In this document: positions 51,193 through 62,157 of the stretch, in pieces
Position numbering within the stretch: position 1 is the stretch's first letter
How the letters are laid out: each line of letters opens with the position of its first letter
Origin: Bryobacterales bacterium
GTDB taxonomy: Bacteria > Acidobacteriota > Terriglobia > Bryobacterales > UBA6623
NCBI GenBank assembly: GCA_963422375.2
Contig: OY729427.2
Location: forward strand, 1,056,001 to 1,120,000
Direction: 5' to 3'
DNA: 64,000 nt
Notes under the pieces: model-generated
Seen by the model: the letters and a program-made list of their open reading frames with translations, nothing else
Databases searched by the model: none
Told to the model about the DNA's origin: nothing
Position numbers and translations under genes: made by a program

Positions 51193-54045
51193 ATGCCCCG
51201 GTGGCGCGAACTCGCATGGCGGGTTCCCTCGAGAGCAGCAATAGCGCACAGAGCGCTACGGACCGGCACCTTGGAGATCTGCCCGGAATCGCGTGAATCC
51301 CGTCGACCGCGTGCGTCCAGGCGGGCTCGTCCGACGCGCTGGCGGCTCCTTCTCACCTCGATTCCCCTCGCTGCCTGCCTCGGCAGCGTCGCGCCGGGCG
51401 CCGAGTCCGGCGACGAGTATTTCGAGAAGCGGGTACGCCCGCTCCTGTTCGAGCACTGCTCCCAGTGCCATGGCGAGCGCCTGCAGTCCGCAGGCATCGA
51501 CCTAGGCAAGCCCGAGACGGTGATCGGCAGCGCGGTTGTCAGAGGCGACGAGTCGAGCCCGCTTATCCGGGCGATCCGCTACGAGAGCGCGATCAAGATG
51601 CCTCCGACCTCGAAGCTGTCGGAAGAGGCCGTCGGCACGCTGGTCGACTGGGTGCGCATGGGCGCCCCGTGGCCGGGCTACGAACCGGCTCGGACGGGCG
51701 ATGGCGGAGAGACCGACCAAGCGCCGCAGAGCAGCCATTGGGCCTTCCAGCCGCTGGCCGATCCCGCAGTCCCGGACATCGGCGAGTCGGACTGGGCGCG
51801 GAACGAAATCGACCGGTTCGTCCTAGCGCGGCTGCGCGCGGAGGGCCTCGAGCCGGCGCCCGCCGCCGGCAAGCTCGCCCTGCTGCGCCGGGCCAAGTTC
51901 GACCTGCAGGGCCTCCCCCCGGACGGCGGCGAGATTCGGCGCTTCCTCGCGGACACCTCGGCCGGCGCTTTCGGGCGCTTGGTCGAGGATCTGCTGTCCT
52001 CGCCCCACTACGGCGAGCGCTGGGGCCGGCACTGGCTGGACGTAGCCCGCTACGCCGACTCGACCGGAGTCGACGAGGACCACCCGTTCGGGAACTCGTG
52101 GCGCTACCGGGATTACGTGGTCAGCGCTTTGAACGAGGACCTGCCGTTCGACCAGTTCGTGCAGGAGCAGATCGCCGGGGACTTGCTGCCCGCCGAGGAC
52201 GGCGCGCCCATCAACGCCCGCGGCATCGTCGCGACCGGCTTCCTCGCCCTCGGCCCGATGGCCCTGGCCCAGCGCGATCCCATCCAGAAGAAATACGATG
52301 TCGTAGACGAGCAAATCGACACCACCTCGAAGGCGCTCCTAGGCCTGACGATCGCGTGCGCCCGCTGCCACGACCACAAGTTCGACCCGATCCTTGCCAG
52401 CGACTACTACGCACTGGCCGGAATCTTCGCCAGCACGCGCACCTTCGACGACTGGCGGACGAACGGCTCGCGATACTACAAGCACCCGCTGGTGGACCGG
52501 GAGACTTACGCCCGCTTCAGGGCCCGGGCCGGCGCGCTCGAGAGCCTGCGGCGGATCCGCCTCGTGGCGCTGCGGCGGGCGAAGATGCGCTACGTCGCCT
52601 CCGGCCCGGCGAGGCGGGTGGGTGCGTACATGCTGGCGGCGGCCGGGCTCGGAGAGGCCGAGGGACTGGAGAGCGAGGCGCTCGCATGGTTCCGCCAGTA
52701 CCTGGAGCCGCAGCCCGGGGCCAAGCCGCACCTGGACCGTTGGCACGACGCCCCGAGCGAGAGGGAGGACGTCGCGAACGCTCTCGAGCTAGATCTGCTC
52801 GACACCCTCGCGCAGAGGATCAAGCGCCTCGGGGCGTGGCTGGAAAGGGCGGAGCTGGCGTCCCGCGGGGCACCCGGCGCGGAGCCGCCGGAGTTCCCGT
52901 CGGACATTCCCTCGTCCCCGCTGTACCGCGACCTGTTCGACGACGGAGCCCCGTTCGACTGGGAGCCCGACGCGATCGCTGCCCGTTTCGACGCCCTGGA
53001 CCGGGCGCGAATCGATTTTCTGGACAGCCGGATCGCCGAGGCACGGGAGTCGCTGCCGGACGAGCCCCCGATGGCCAACAGCGTGGCGGAAGGCGACGTC
53101 GTGCGACAGCGCGTCTTCCGACGCGGCCAGCACAAGAACCCCGGCCGCGCCGTGGCGAAGCGCTTCCCCCTCGTGCTGGCGGGAACCGACCAGCCGGAGA
53201 TCGCCTCTGGCAGCGGGCGCCTCGAGCTGGCCCGCTGGCTCGCTTCGGAGGCCAACCCGCTGGCGCCGCGCGTGATCGCGAACCGTATCTGGCTGTGGCA
53301 CTTCGGCGAGGGGCTGGTCCGCACGCCGAACAACTTCGGAATCCGCGGGGAGGCCCCGACCCACCCCGCGCTGCTGGACTGGCTGGCCCGGCGCTTCATC
53401 GAGAGCGGCTGGTCGGTCAAGAGCCTCCACCGGCTGATCATGGACTCGGCCACCTACCGAATGAGCAGCGCCATCTCCGCGGAGGCCGTCGAGAGGGATC
53501 CGGAGAACCGCCTCTGGTCTCGGTTCGACCGGCGCAGGCTCGTCCTGGAGGAGATGCGCGACAGCTACCTGGCGATCAGCGGCCAGCTGGACCCGGCGGT
53601 CGGAGGCGACACCGACCGGGGCGCCGGCCGACTCGTGGAATTCGACCGCAACAACCGGCGCATCGACCCCGACGACTACACACGGCGCAGCCTGTACCTG
53701 CCCCTGATGCGCAACAAGCTACCCGTCTTGCTGGGCCTGTTCGATTTCGGCGACGCCACGACGTCCGGGGGACAGCGCTCCGTGACGAACGTGGCGCCCC
53801 AGGCCCTGTACCTGTTGAACAGCGGTTTCGCCGAGAAGACGGCGGGCCTGGTCGCGGCGGCCCTCGACGGACCGGTTGCGACCCGCGTCGAGCAGGCCTA
53901 CCTGCGCGTTCTGGCTCGCCCGCCCACGCGGGAGGAGAGTGGACGTGCCGCCGCCTACGTGCAGGCCTACGCCGGGGAGGGGACTGCATGGACGAGCCTG
54001 TGCAAGATGCTCCTAGCTTCGAACGAGTTCCACTACGTCGAATAG
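51193..54045 (+). CDS. PSD1 / planctomycete cytochrome c domain protein (DUF1549/DUF1553)
   Basis: [60 protein letters not shown] and [11 protein letters not shown]. Start uncertain (51193-51350). Confidence 0.93.
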   Translation: MPRWRELAWRVPSRAAIAHRALRTGTLEICPESRESRRPRASRRARPTRWRLLLTSIPLAACLGSVAPGAESGDEYFEKRVRPLLFEHCSQCHGERLQSAGIDLGKPETVIGSAVVRGDESSPLIRAIRYESAIKMPPTSKLSEEAVGTLVDWVRMGAPWPGYEPARTGDGGETDQAPQSSHWAFQPLADPAVPDIGESDWARNEIDRFVLARLRAEGLEPAPAAGKLALLRRAKFDLQGLPPDGGEIRRFLADTSAGAFGRLVEDLLSSPHYGERWGRHWLDVARYADSTGVDEDHPFGNSWRYRDYVVSALNEDLPFDQFVQEQIAGDLLPAEDGAPINARGIVATGFLALGPMALAQRDPIQKKYDVVDEQIDTTSKALLGLTIACARCHDHKFDPILASDYYALAGIFASTRTFDDWRTNGSRYYKHPLVDRETYARFRARAGALESLRRIRLVALRRAKMRYVASGPARRVGAYMLAAAGLGEAEGLESEALAWFRQYLEPQPGAKPHLDRWHDAPSEREDVANALELDLLDTLAQRIKRLGAWLERAELASRGAPGAEPPEFPSDIPSSPLYRDLFDDGAPFDWEPDAIAARFDALDRARIDFLDSRIAEARESLPDEPPMANSVAEGDVVRQRVFRRGQHKNPGRAVAKRFPLVLAGTDQPEIASGSGRLELARWLASEANPLAPRVIANRIWLWHFGEGLVRTPNNFGIRGEAPTHPALLDWLARRFIESGWSVKSLHRLIMDSATYRMSSAISAEAVERDPENRLWSRFDRRRLVLEEMRDSYLAISGQLDPAVGGDTDRGAGRLVEFDRNNRRIDPDDYTRRSLYLPLMRNKLPVLLGLFDFGDATTSGGQRSVTNVAPQALYLLNSGFAEKTAGLVAAALDGPVATRVEQAYLRVLARPPTREESGRAAAYVQAYAGEGTAWTSLCKMLLASNEFHYVE

Positions 54046-54076
54046 CGTCGGCGATCAGGCGGTCGGTGGTAGGCTG

Positions 54077-55519
54077 GTGCGCATGGGCGGCGGCGCGCCA
54101 TTCTCGCGACGCGCGGCCCTTCGCGGGTCCGCCCTAGGTCTCGGATCCCTCGGACTCTACGCGCTGCTGCACGACACCGGGCTGCTCGGGGCGGAGGCAG
54201 AGGCGCCGGCGGGGCCCCTCGCCGCAAGGGAGCCCCACTTCGGGGCGCGGGCGAAGCGCATCATCTTCCTCTTCATGCACGGAGGCGTGTCGCATGTCGA
54301 CACGTTCGATCCGAAGCCCCGCCTGGAGTCCGACCACGGCAAGCCCCTGCCCATCAAGCGCTCGCTGACGTTCAACGCCAAGGCCGCGGGCGGCCTGATG
54401 GGCTCGCCGTGGGCGTTCTCCCGCCGCGGCGGGAGCGGCATCCCGGTCAGCGAGCTGTTTCCCGAGGTCGCGAGCTGCGCCGACGACCTGTGCGTGATCC
54501 GCTCGATGGTCGGCGAGGGTGTCGACCACGGCGCGGCCATGCTGCAGCTGTTCACCGGCACGTTCTCGTTCTCCCGCCCGAGCCTAGGGGCCTGGACGCT
54601 GTACGGCTTGGGAACCGAGAACCAGAACCTGCCGGGCTTCGTCACGATCAAGCCCACGCAATGGCAGGGAGGCGACAAGCTGTTCGCCACGAGCTTCCTT
54701 CCGGGAGCGTACCAAGGCACTCCCATCGGCTCGGCGCCGATGGCTGCCGACGCCCTCATAGACAACCCGGTCGACCACCTGCTGCCGCGCGGCGGAAACC
54801 CCGAGCAGCGGCTCCTGGAGCTGGAGTTCCTGCGCCGGATGAACCGCCGCCATGCGGACGCCCGGCGGCTGGACGGCGATCTCGAAGCGAGGATTCAGGC
54901 GTTCGAGCTCGCGTTCCGGATGCAGGCCGAAGCGCCCGAAGCGTTCGACGTATCGCGTGAGACCGAAGCCACGCGCAGGCTCTACGGGCTGGACCGGGAA
55001 GTCACGCGCGACTTCGGCTGGCAGTGCCTGCTCGCCCGGCGGCTCAGCGAGCGCGGGGTGCGGGTCGTCCAAGCCACCCATTCCGGAGTCGAGGAGAAGT
55101 GGGACCACCACGCCGACATCCTGCGGCTGCACCCGATTCGGTCGCGCGAGGTCGACCGGCCGATCGCCGGGCTGATCAAGGATCTCAAGAGCCGCGGACT
55201 GCTGCACGAGACGCTGGTTGTGTGGGGCGGCGAGTTCGGGCGGACGCCGTTCTCGGAAGGGGCCGACGGCCGCGACCACAACCCCTACGGATTCTCGATC
55301 TTCATGGCGGGCGGGGGCGTCAAGCCGGGTTTCGTCTACGGCGCGACAGACGAATTCGGCTACCACGCGGTGGAGGACCGCATGCACATCCACGACCTGC
55401 ATGCGACGATCCTGCACCTGATGGGACTCGACCACGAGCGGCTGACGTTCCGTTACAGCGGGCGCGATTTCCGGCTGACCGATGTCGCCGGCACGGTGGC
55501 GACCAAGATCCTAGCTTGA
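54077..55519 (+). CDS. DUF1501 domain protein with twin-arginine signal
   Basis: SRRAAL Tat-like signal; AKRIIFLFMHGGVSHVDTFDPKP, WGGEFGRTP, GRDHNP and HDLHATIL. Confidence 0.94.
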   Translation: MRMGGGAPFSRRAALRGSALGLGSLGLYALLHDTGLLGAEAEAPAGPLAAREPHFGARAKRIIFLFMHGGVSHVDTFDPKPRLESDHGKPLPIKRSLTFNAKAAGGLMGSPWAFSRRGGSGIPVSELFPEVASCADDLCVIRSMVGEGVDHGAAMLQLFTGTFSFSRPSLGAWTLYGLGTENQNLPGFVTIKPTQWQGGDKLFATSFLPGAYQGTPIGSAPMAADALIDNPVDHLLPRGGNPEQRLLELEFLRRMNRRHADARRLDGDLEARIQAFELAFRMQAEAPEAFDVSRETEATRRLYGLDREVTRDFGWQCLLARRLSERGVRVVQATHSGVEEKWDHHADILRLHPIRSREVDRPIAGLIKDLKSRGLLHETLVVWGGEFGRTPFSEGADGRDHNPYGFSIFMAGGGVKPGFVYGATDEFGYHAVEDRMHIHDLHATILHLMGLDHERLTFRYSGRDFRLTDVAGTVATKILA

Positions 55520-55554
55520 AGCGGACGGTCCCGGCCACGGGCCGTCCAGGCTCC

Positions 55555-57261
55555 CTACGCGCTCCGCGCGAGATCGGCGATCACGGCGGCGCGGATGCGG
55601 CGCTTGGCGAATTTCCCGGTCGCGATCCTAGGAAGCGGCTCGCGGCGCAGCACGATGCGCGAGGGCACCTCGAAGCGGCCGACGTGCCGTTCCATCGACT
55701 CGCGGATGCGCCCCTCGGTGAGCGGGACCCCGGCGCGCGGCACGACGACCGCCGCCAGATCCTCCCCGAGACGCTCGTCGGGCACGCCGAACGCAACCGC
55801 CTCCCCGACCCCCTCGCAAGCATGCAGCGCGTCCTCGACCCGGAGGCAGCTGATGTTCTCGCCGCCGCGAATGACGATTTCCTTGAGTCGGTCAACGAAA
55901 TGGACGAAGCCCTCCTGGTCGACGTACGCGAGGTCGCCCGTACGGAACCAGCCGTCGCGGAAGGCATGCGCGGTCGGCTCGGGCTTGTTCCAGTACTCCC
56001 TGACGACCGGCGTCCCCCGCACCCACAGCTCGCCGACCTGGCCGGGAGGGACTTCCGCGGACCCGTCGGTCTCGACAAACTTCATGTCCATCAGCACGGA
56101 GCAGCGGCCGCTGCTGGTCGGCACCGCGAGGTATTCCGGGGCGGCGATCTGCGTTCCGATGGCGTTCGTCTCGGTCATGCCCCAGCCGGTGCCGGGCCGG
56201 GCGTTCTCGAAAGCGTCGCGAATCGCGAGGACCTGCTGCACGGGGCGATGGGAGCCGCCTCCTCCCACGGCCAGCAGGCTGGGCAGGGCGCGGCCCCGAG
56301 CGACGGCCGCCCGGACGAGATCCCCGGTGATGGTCGGCACGGAGATGAAGTGCGTGATCCGGTCCCGCTCGATCAGGTCCAGCGCTTCCCCGGCGTCCCA
56401 GCGGTGCATCAGGGTGAGGCGCCGTCCGAACCGCAGGCCGCCCAGCATGCAGGCGTGGCACGCGGTGACATGGAAGAAGGGGATCGTGACGAGCATGCGG
56501 TACTGGACCTCGAACGGCTCCTCGGGCATTCGCTCCTCGCGCAGCAGCGCCTGGGCCCGCGTCTCGATCTCCCACGCGAGCAGGGCGTGAACGACGTTGC
56601 GGTGCGTCGACACCGCGCCCTTTGGCCCCGCGGTCGATCCGGACGTGTAGAGCATGAGGCAGTCGTGGTCGGGCTCGCTCGGGACCGGCGCCAGGTCCGC
56701 CCCGCCGGACGCCTCCAGCGCTTCGTCCCAAGCCACGACGCCCGCCGGCAGCGGGGAGCGCGCGCGCACGGCGATCGCCTGGACGCCGAGTTCCGCCAGG
56801 CCGTCCGCGACGCGCTCGAGGCGGCCGCCGTCGATTACGAGGACGCGGGCACCCGAGTCGCGCAAGCCGTAAGCGATCTCCTCCCCGCTCCACCAGCCAT
56901 TGAGGGACACGGTGACCGCACCCAGGGCCATCGGGGCGAACAGGGCCGCGGGCCATTCGGGGTAGTTGCGCATACAGACGGCCACCCGGTCGCCGCGCCG
57001 GACTCCCATCCGACGCAGGGCCCGCGCCAAGCGAGCGGTCTGCTCGAGGACGTCAGCGAACGTGTAGGTCTCGTCGCGGTAGCGGAGGTATTCGAGCCCG
57101 CCGAACCGGCGGGCGTTCTCGAGGAGGTCGACAAGGCTGCGCGGGGCGTCCCTGACGACGCGGCACACGTTGCCGCCGCGGACCTTGCGGTGGCAGAGCT
57201 CGTACGGCCCGCCGGGTCCGGTCAGCGAGTCGAGGACCCGCTTGCGCGCCTCGGCTGACAT
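55555..57261 (-). CDS. Long-chain acyl-CoA ligase (class I adenylate-forming enzyme)
   Basis: YTSGSTAGPKG, GWGMTET, TGDL, DRLKEIVIRGGENI and TGK; likely ATG at 57261. Confidence 0.94.
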   Translation of the reverse strand: MSAEARKRVLDSLTGPGGPYELCHRKVRGGNVCRVVRDAPRSLVDLLENARRFGGLEYLRYRDETYTFADVLEQTARLARALRRMGVRRGDRVAVCMRNYPEWPAALFAPMALGAVTVSLNGWWSGEEIAYGLRDSGARVLVIDGGRLERVADGLAELGVQAIAVRARSPLPAGVVAWDEALEASGGADLAPVPSEPDHDCLMLYTSGSTAGPKGAVSTHRNVVHALLAWEIETRAQALLREERMPEEPFEVQYRMLVTIPFFHVTACHACMLGGLRFGRRLTLMHRWDAGEALDLIERDRITHFISVPTITGDLVRAAVARGRALPSLLAVGGGGSHRPVQQVLAIRDAFENARPGTGWGMTETNAIGTQIAAPEYLAVPTSSGRCSVLMDMKFVETDGSAEVPPGQVGELWVRGTPVVREYWNKPEPTAHAFRDGWFRTGDLAYVDQEGFVHFVDRLKEIVIRGGENISCLRVEDALHACEGVGEAVAFGVPDERLGEDLAAVVVPRAGVPLTEGRIRESMERHVGRFEVPSRIVLRREPLPRIATGKFAKRRIRAAVIADLARSA

Positions 57262-57316
57262 CGCGGACGGCACACCATTCTGCCATGCGCCCTGCGAGCG
57301 CGGGGCTCGCCTGCGG

Positions 57317-58171
57317 TCAGGCCCGCTCGTCTTCGACGGTGTTGGCGAGCGTGCCGATGCCGGAGATGCGCACCTCGATCCGATCGCCGGGCTGGAGGAA
57401 GACGGGCGGCTTGCGCGCCTTGCCGACGCCCCCGGTCGTGCCGGTGGAGACGACGTCTCCCGGCCGCAGCGGGAAGACTCGCGAGATGTACTCGACCAAG
57501 CAGGGGATGTCGAACAGCAGGTCGCTCGTGGGAGCGCTTTGCATGACCTGCCCGTTGAGGCGGGTCTGGAGAAACAGGGCGCCGGGATCGGGTATCTCGT
57601 CGGCCGTCACCATGCACGGACCGAACGCCCCGGAGTGCCAGAAGTTCTTGCCCGGCGTGAACTGCGACGCGTGCCGCTGGAAGTCGCGCACGGAGCCGTC
57701 GTTGTAGCAGCTGTACCCGGCGACGCACTCGAGCGCCCGGGAGGCGGGCACATGGCGCCCCCCCGCTCCGACTACGAACGCCAGCTCTCCCTCGAAATCG
57801 AATTCCCGGGACACGCGGGGGCGGATCATGGCCTCCCCGTGCCCAACATGCGAATCCGGGAAGCGCACGAAGATCGTCGGATAGGCGGGCAGCCTGCGTC
57901 CCGTTTCTTCGATGTGCGACCGGTAGTTCAAGCCGACGCAGAGAATCCGGCCCGGGTCCGGGACGGGCGGCAGGAAGCGGATCTCGTCGAGGGGGAAGTC
58001 GGGGCCGCGCCGGGCGGCCTCGTCCCGCAGCCGGTCAAGGACCCCGTCTCGGAGCGCCGCCAGCAGGGACGGCCAGCGTCCCGACAGGCGGGCGCCTAGG
58101 TCGACGACTCCGCCGCCGCTGGAGACGCCGTAGCTCTCGACGCCGTCGCGGCTGAAGGTGAGGAGCTTCAT
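57317..58171 (-). CDS. Fumarylacetoacetate hydrolase family protein
   Basis: CVGLNY, DFEGEL, YNDGSVRDFQ, GKNF and PGDVVSTGT.GVG. Confidence 0.95.
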   Translation of the reverse strand: MKLLTFSRDGVESYGVSSGGGVVDLGARLSGRWPSLLAALRDGVLDRLRDEAARRGPDFPLDEIRFLPPVPDPGRILCVGLNYRSHIEETGRRLPAYPTIFVRFPDSHVGHGEAMIRPRVSREFDFEGELAFVVGAGGRHVPASRALECVAGYSCYNDGSVRDFQRHASQFTPGKNFWHSGAFGPCMVTADEIPDPGALFLQTRLNGQVMQSAPTSDLLFDIPCLVEYISRVFPLRPGDVVSTGTTGGVGKARKPPVFLQPGDRIEVRISGIGTLANTVEDERA

Positions 58172-58304
58172 ACCCTACCCATTCAATCCGTTTCGCGGAG
58201 GAATTGCACCTAGGGCAGATTCGAGGGTTCCGGGACGGACCTGGCATCGCCAGGCCGGCGCGACCGGGCGCCGCCTCCGGTGCCTCGAGCCCTCTTCCCC
58301 GCGG

Positions 58305-60890
58305 TCAGGACGCGGTCCCGCCCGGCGCGGCCGCCGACCGCGCGAAGCGCTGGTGCAGGTAGGCCAAGGCGAGCAGGCTGAGACCGAGGCCCATGAAGGA
58401 GCCGGCCCGGAGCAGACCGGTCAGACCGCTCATGTCGAATAGGAACACCTTGCAGACCGTCACAGCGAGCAGGGCCATGCCGACCCGGTAGACGCGCTGG
58501 CCGTAGCGCAGGCCGCCGGCCAACACACCGGCGACGGCCATGGCGAGCCAGACCACCGAATAGGTCGCCATTTCGCCGTCGGACGCCGGCTGGACCGAGC
58601 TGAGGCCGGCCTGCCAGAGGTGGCGGATCTCGAAGCTCACGAATGCGAACAGGGCCACGGCGGCGACCGGTCCGGCGATCCGCGCTCCGCGCCGCTCGCA
58701 AACCCGGGTCGCCAAGCAGGCGAGCAGGACCGGCGCGCCGAAGGCCAGCAGCAGGCCGTTCCAGATCCGCGTGTCGGTGAAGGGCTCGTGGGTGACGAAC
58801 GGGTTGAGCACGAACAGCACCAAGCAGTAGTTCGCCAAGGACATGGACAGGAGGAGCCGGCCGGCCCAGAGGTAAACAGGGCCGACGTGCCCGCTCGCCT
58901 GCGAGCGCAAGTAGTAGACGAGGCCCAGCGCGCCCCACACGGCCGTGTGGATGGAGGCCTCCCGGAAGCCGTAGTCCGCCGAGAAGACGTCGCCGTCGTA
59001 CACGAAGTCCCGGGTCACGACCCAGCCGGTCAGCACCAGCAGGTGCGCGGCTCCGGCCTCGATCCAGCGACGCAGGCGCGGAACGGGCCTCGCCAGCCAG
59101 CCCGCGAGCGTCGCGGCCAGGGTCGAGCCTCCGTAGGTCCAGAGCGTCCAGTGCTCTCCCTCGGAGTAGGCGGGCAGGCTCGGGTTGAGCGTCAGGCGCG
59201 CCACTACGGCCGCGAGGACGCCCTTGGTCATCCACGAGACGAGGACCGTGCCGAACCGCCCCGCGATCCACGCCAAGGGCGCCGCCTGCAGCGCCAGCGC
59301 CAAGGTCAGGCCGGCATCGCGGAATAGCATGGCGACCGCCAAGGAATACGCGGCCGAGCAGCCCACCACGCACCACGGGGCGACCGCAGCGAGACGCGAG
59401 CGGGCCAGCGCCCAGCCCGCAGCCGTGTAGCAGAGGCCCAGCGAGACCCCGGCGGCAGCCCATGCGCGGGAAACCGCGGCGTCGGTCGAGAGGGCGTACG
59501 CCACGGCGAGCCAGCAGACCGGGGAGGCCGTCGCGAGCGCTCCCCAGACCGGGCTCGACGGTCTCGACCGCAGGCTCCAGCAGGCGAGCGCCGTGTAGAG
59601 GGCCGCGGAGCAGGCGGCGTAGACGGCCAGCCCGGCGGCGTCGGCCGCAAACTTCGACTCCCAGCCAAGCCCGGACCTCCGGAGGCTCAGCCCGGCTGCG
59701 AGCCATCCCGCCGCCTGCACGGCAAGGGAGCCCCACAGAAGCGCCCCCGGGACCCTGCGCAGGCGCGCCGCCGCAAACAGCGCGACCACCAGCGGCAGCC
59801 AGCCGGCCGCCGACAGGGCCGAGAAGGGTTCCGTTGCGATCGACACGCCCTGGGCGAGAACCAGCAGGAGCAAGCCGAGCGTGAGCTGCATGCCGGCGGC
59901 GCCCCTCTGGGACGCAGCCCGCCCAGCGGCGGGCGCGGGGCCTGGACGCAGCCCGAGCCACTGCCGCCACTCCACCTCCGGCAGGTGGATCAGCGCGAAG
60001 GCGACCAGCGCCAGGTAGAATCCGCGATAGCCATGGGCGCTGTTCGCGCCGACCGACGCGAGCCACCAGAAAAGCGATCCGGCCAGAACGCCCCACCAGA
60101 TCCAAGCGCGGCGCAAGTAGCGGACCGTCAGAAGCGCCGCGGCGCTGACGATCAGGCTGTAGACAAGCACCTCGAGCGCCCGGTCGCTGTCCCCGCCCAC
60201 CAGCACCGGCACCGCGTAGCCGCCCATGAGTCCCAGCGCCGCCAGGACCGGGCCGTGCCGCAGCGCCAGCGCCATCGTCGCGAGCGACACCGCGGCCAAG
60301 AAGGCGAACGCGACGAGGGGAGGGACGAGCTCGTACAGGTGCAGGGCGCCCAGGGCCGCCGCGGACAGGGTGATGCTCCCGGCCGCGGCCAAGGCCGCGA
60401 ACGCGGGATGGCCCCGACCGGTCTTGCGAACCAGGAACTCGGACAGCGCGTGCATCGCGATGCCGGCAGCGAGCGCGACCGCCACGCGGGCCCACGGGGT
60501 GAGCAGGCCCTGCTCGATCGAGTACTTGACCAAGAACACACCGGCCAGGGCGACGGAGATGCCGCCGAGCCAGACCATCCAGTTCGGCCGGACTGCCGGG
60601 TCGGCCGGCCGCTCCCGCCGACGGGCCTTGCCTCGCAGACGCCCTAGGAGCCCCCCTCGCGACGGCTCTGTCCGGTGCGCTCGGGAGATCGCGCCCGGCC
60701 CCTTCTCCCTCTCGGCCTCCGCCTCCGAGCCGGGGACCGCCTCCGCCCGGCCGACCGGCGACACCCCGGGAATACCGGCCTCGTCAATCCGGCGCTGCAG
60801 CCGGTCCACCCGTTTCGACAGGGAATGAAGCCAGACCAAGGCGACAACCGCCAAGGCCACAGAGAACGGCGTGAACACGCGACAGCCCAC
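58305..60890 (-). CDS. DUF2339 predicted membrane protein
   Basis: NWMVWLGG..VALAGVFLVKYSIEQG N-terminal motif and KVFLFDMSGL.GL.R..SFMGLG C-terminal motif; many TM segments. Confidence 0.88.
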   Translation of the reverse strand: MGCRVFTPFSVALAVVALVWLHSLSKRVDRLQRRIDEAGIPGVSPVGRAEAVPGSEAEAEREKGPGAISRAHRTEPSRGGLLGRLRGKARRRERPADPAVRPNWMVWLGGISVALAGVFLVKYSIEQGLLTPWARVAVALAAGIAMHALSEFLVRKTGRGHPAFAALAAAGSITLSAAALGALHLYELVPPLVAFAFLAAVSLATMALALRHGPVLAALGLMGGYAVPVLVGGDSDRALEVLVYSLIVSAAALLTVRYLRRAWIWWGVLAGSLFWWLASVGANSAHGYRGFYLALVAFALIHLPEVEWRQWLGLRPGPAPAAGRAASQRGAAGMQLTLGLLLLVLAQGVSIATEPFSALSAAGWLPLVVALFAAARLRRVPGALLWGSLAVQAAGWLAAGLSLRRSGLGWESKFAADAAGLAVYAACSAALYTALACWSLRSRPSSPVWGALATASPVCWLAVAYALSTDAAVSRAWAAAGVSLGLCYTAAGWALARSRLAAVAPWCVVGCSAAYSLAVAMLFRDAGLTLALALQAAPLAWIAGRFGTVLVSWMTKGVLAAVVARLTLNPSLPAYSEGEHWTLWTYGGSTLAATLAGWLARPVPRLRRWIEAGAAHLLVLTGWVVTRDFVYDGDVFSADYGFREASIHTAVWGALGLVYYLRSQASGHVGPVYLWAGRLLLSMSLANYCLVLFVLNPFVTHEPFTDTRIWNGLLLAFGAPVLLACLATRVCERRGARIAGPVAAVALFAFVSFEIRHLWQAGLSSVQPASDGEMATYSVVWLAMAVAGVLAGGLRYGQRVYRVGMALLAVTVCKVFLFDMSGLTGLLRAGSFMGLGLSLLALAYLHQRFARSAAAPGGTAS

Positions 60891-60990
60891 ATTCTAGTCC
60901 ACACGGGAGAAAATCCCGGGCCATGCGGGCGCTTTCGGCGACGATCGCCAAGCAGGCGCCGATTCCGATGTGCCGGTGTAGAGTGATTCG

Positions 60991-62016
60991 GTGAGCAGGA
61001 AGTACCGGGCAGTCGGGATCGGGGCGGGCTACTTCTCGGGATTCCAGTACGAAGCCTGGAACCGCATCCCCGAGGTCGCCCTCGCGGCCATTTCCAACAG
61101 GACCGAGTCGAAGGCCAGGCTAAGGATGGCGGAGTACGGGATTCCGCGCTTCTACGCGGACTGGCGCGAGATGATCGACCGCGAGCGGCCGGACTTCGTG
61201 GATATCATCACGCCTCCCGAGACGCACGAGGAGATCTGCTCGCACGCCGCCAGCCGGGGAGCGGCCATTGTCTGCCAGAAGCCGCTCGCGCCGACCCTGG
61301 AGGAGAGCGGCCGCATCGTTGCCGGCGCGCGCGCCGCGGGCGTGCGATTCATGGTTCACGAGAACTTCCGCTGGCAGCCCTGGTACCGGGAGATCAAGCG
61401 GATTCTCGAGAGCGGAGACATCGGCGAGCCGACCCATCTGTACTTCCGAATGCGCACCGGCGACGGCTGGGGCGAGGGCGCGTACCTCGCGCGCCAGCCG
61501 TTCTTCCGCGACTACCCGCGCCTGCTGGTCTACGAGACCGCGGTCCACTTCATCGACACCTTCCGCTACCTGCTGGGGGAAATCGTCGAGGTCTACGCCC
61601 GGCTGCGCCGACTCAACCACGTGATCCGGGGCGAGGACGCGGGCCAGATGCTCTTCGCATTCGAGAGCGGGGCCACGGCCATCCTCGATGCCAACCGCTA
61701 TAACGAGGCCGAGGTCGATGCGCCGCGGTTCACGTTCGGGGAGCTACGGCTCGACGCGTCGGGAGGGCACCTTGCGATGGAGGCGGACTCCTCGATGCGC
61801 GTCAAGCCGCTGGGCGGGCCGGTGCGGGGCCATGGCTACCAGAGGGCGAACAGGAATTTCGCCGGCGACTGCGTGTACGGCCTGCAGCGGCACTTCGTCG
61901 ACTGCCTGAACAGCGGCCGCGGCTTCGAGAGTCACGGCGAGGACTATCTCAAGACGCTGGCCGTCGTCGACGCGGTCTACCAGTCGGCCTCGGAGGGGCG
62001 CGCCGTGCGGCCGTGA
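60991..62016 (+). CDS. Gfo/Idh/MocA family oxidoreductase
   Basis: GIGAGYF Rossmann start, CQKPLA, HENFRWQPWYR and HFIDTFRYL. Confidence 0.93.
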   Translation: MSRKYRAVGIGAGYFSGFQYEAWNRIPEVALAAISNRTESKARLRMAEYGIPRFYADWREMIDRERPDFVDIITPPETHEEICSHAASRGAAIVCQKPLAPTLEESGRIVAGARAAGVRFMVHENFRWQPWYREIKRILESGDIGEPTHLYFRMRTGDGWGEGAYLARQPFFRDYPRLLVYETAVHFIDTFRYLLGEIVEVYARLRRLNHVIRGEDAGQMLFAFESGATAILDANRYNEAEVDAPRFTFGELRLDASGGHLAMEADSSMRVKPLGGPVRGHGYQRANRNFAGDCVYGLQRHFVDCLNSGRGFESHGEDYLKTLAVVDAVYQSASEGRAVRP

Positions 62017-62157
62017 GACGCCCGACCCGGGCCGTGCGGTCGGCGCTCCGGAACGATTCGCGACTCCGGCGAACCGCATGAGAAAGGCTCCCTTAACTTC
62101 GTGCTCGACGGGGCCCGCTCGGAGGAGGCAGGGGAGGAGCGTCGCAGCTGCGCGTTT

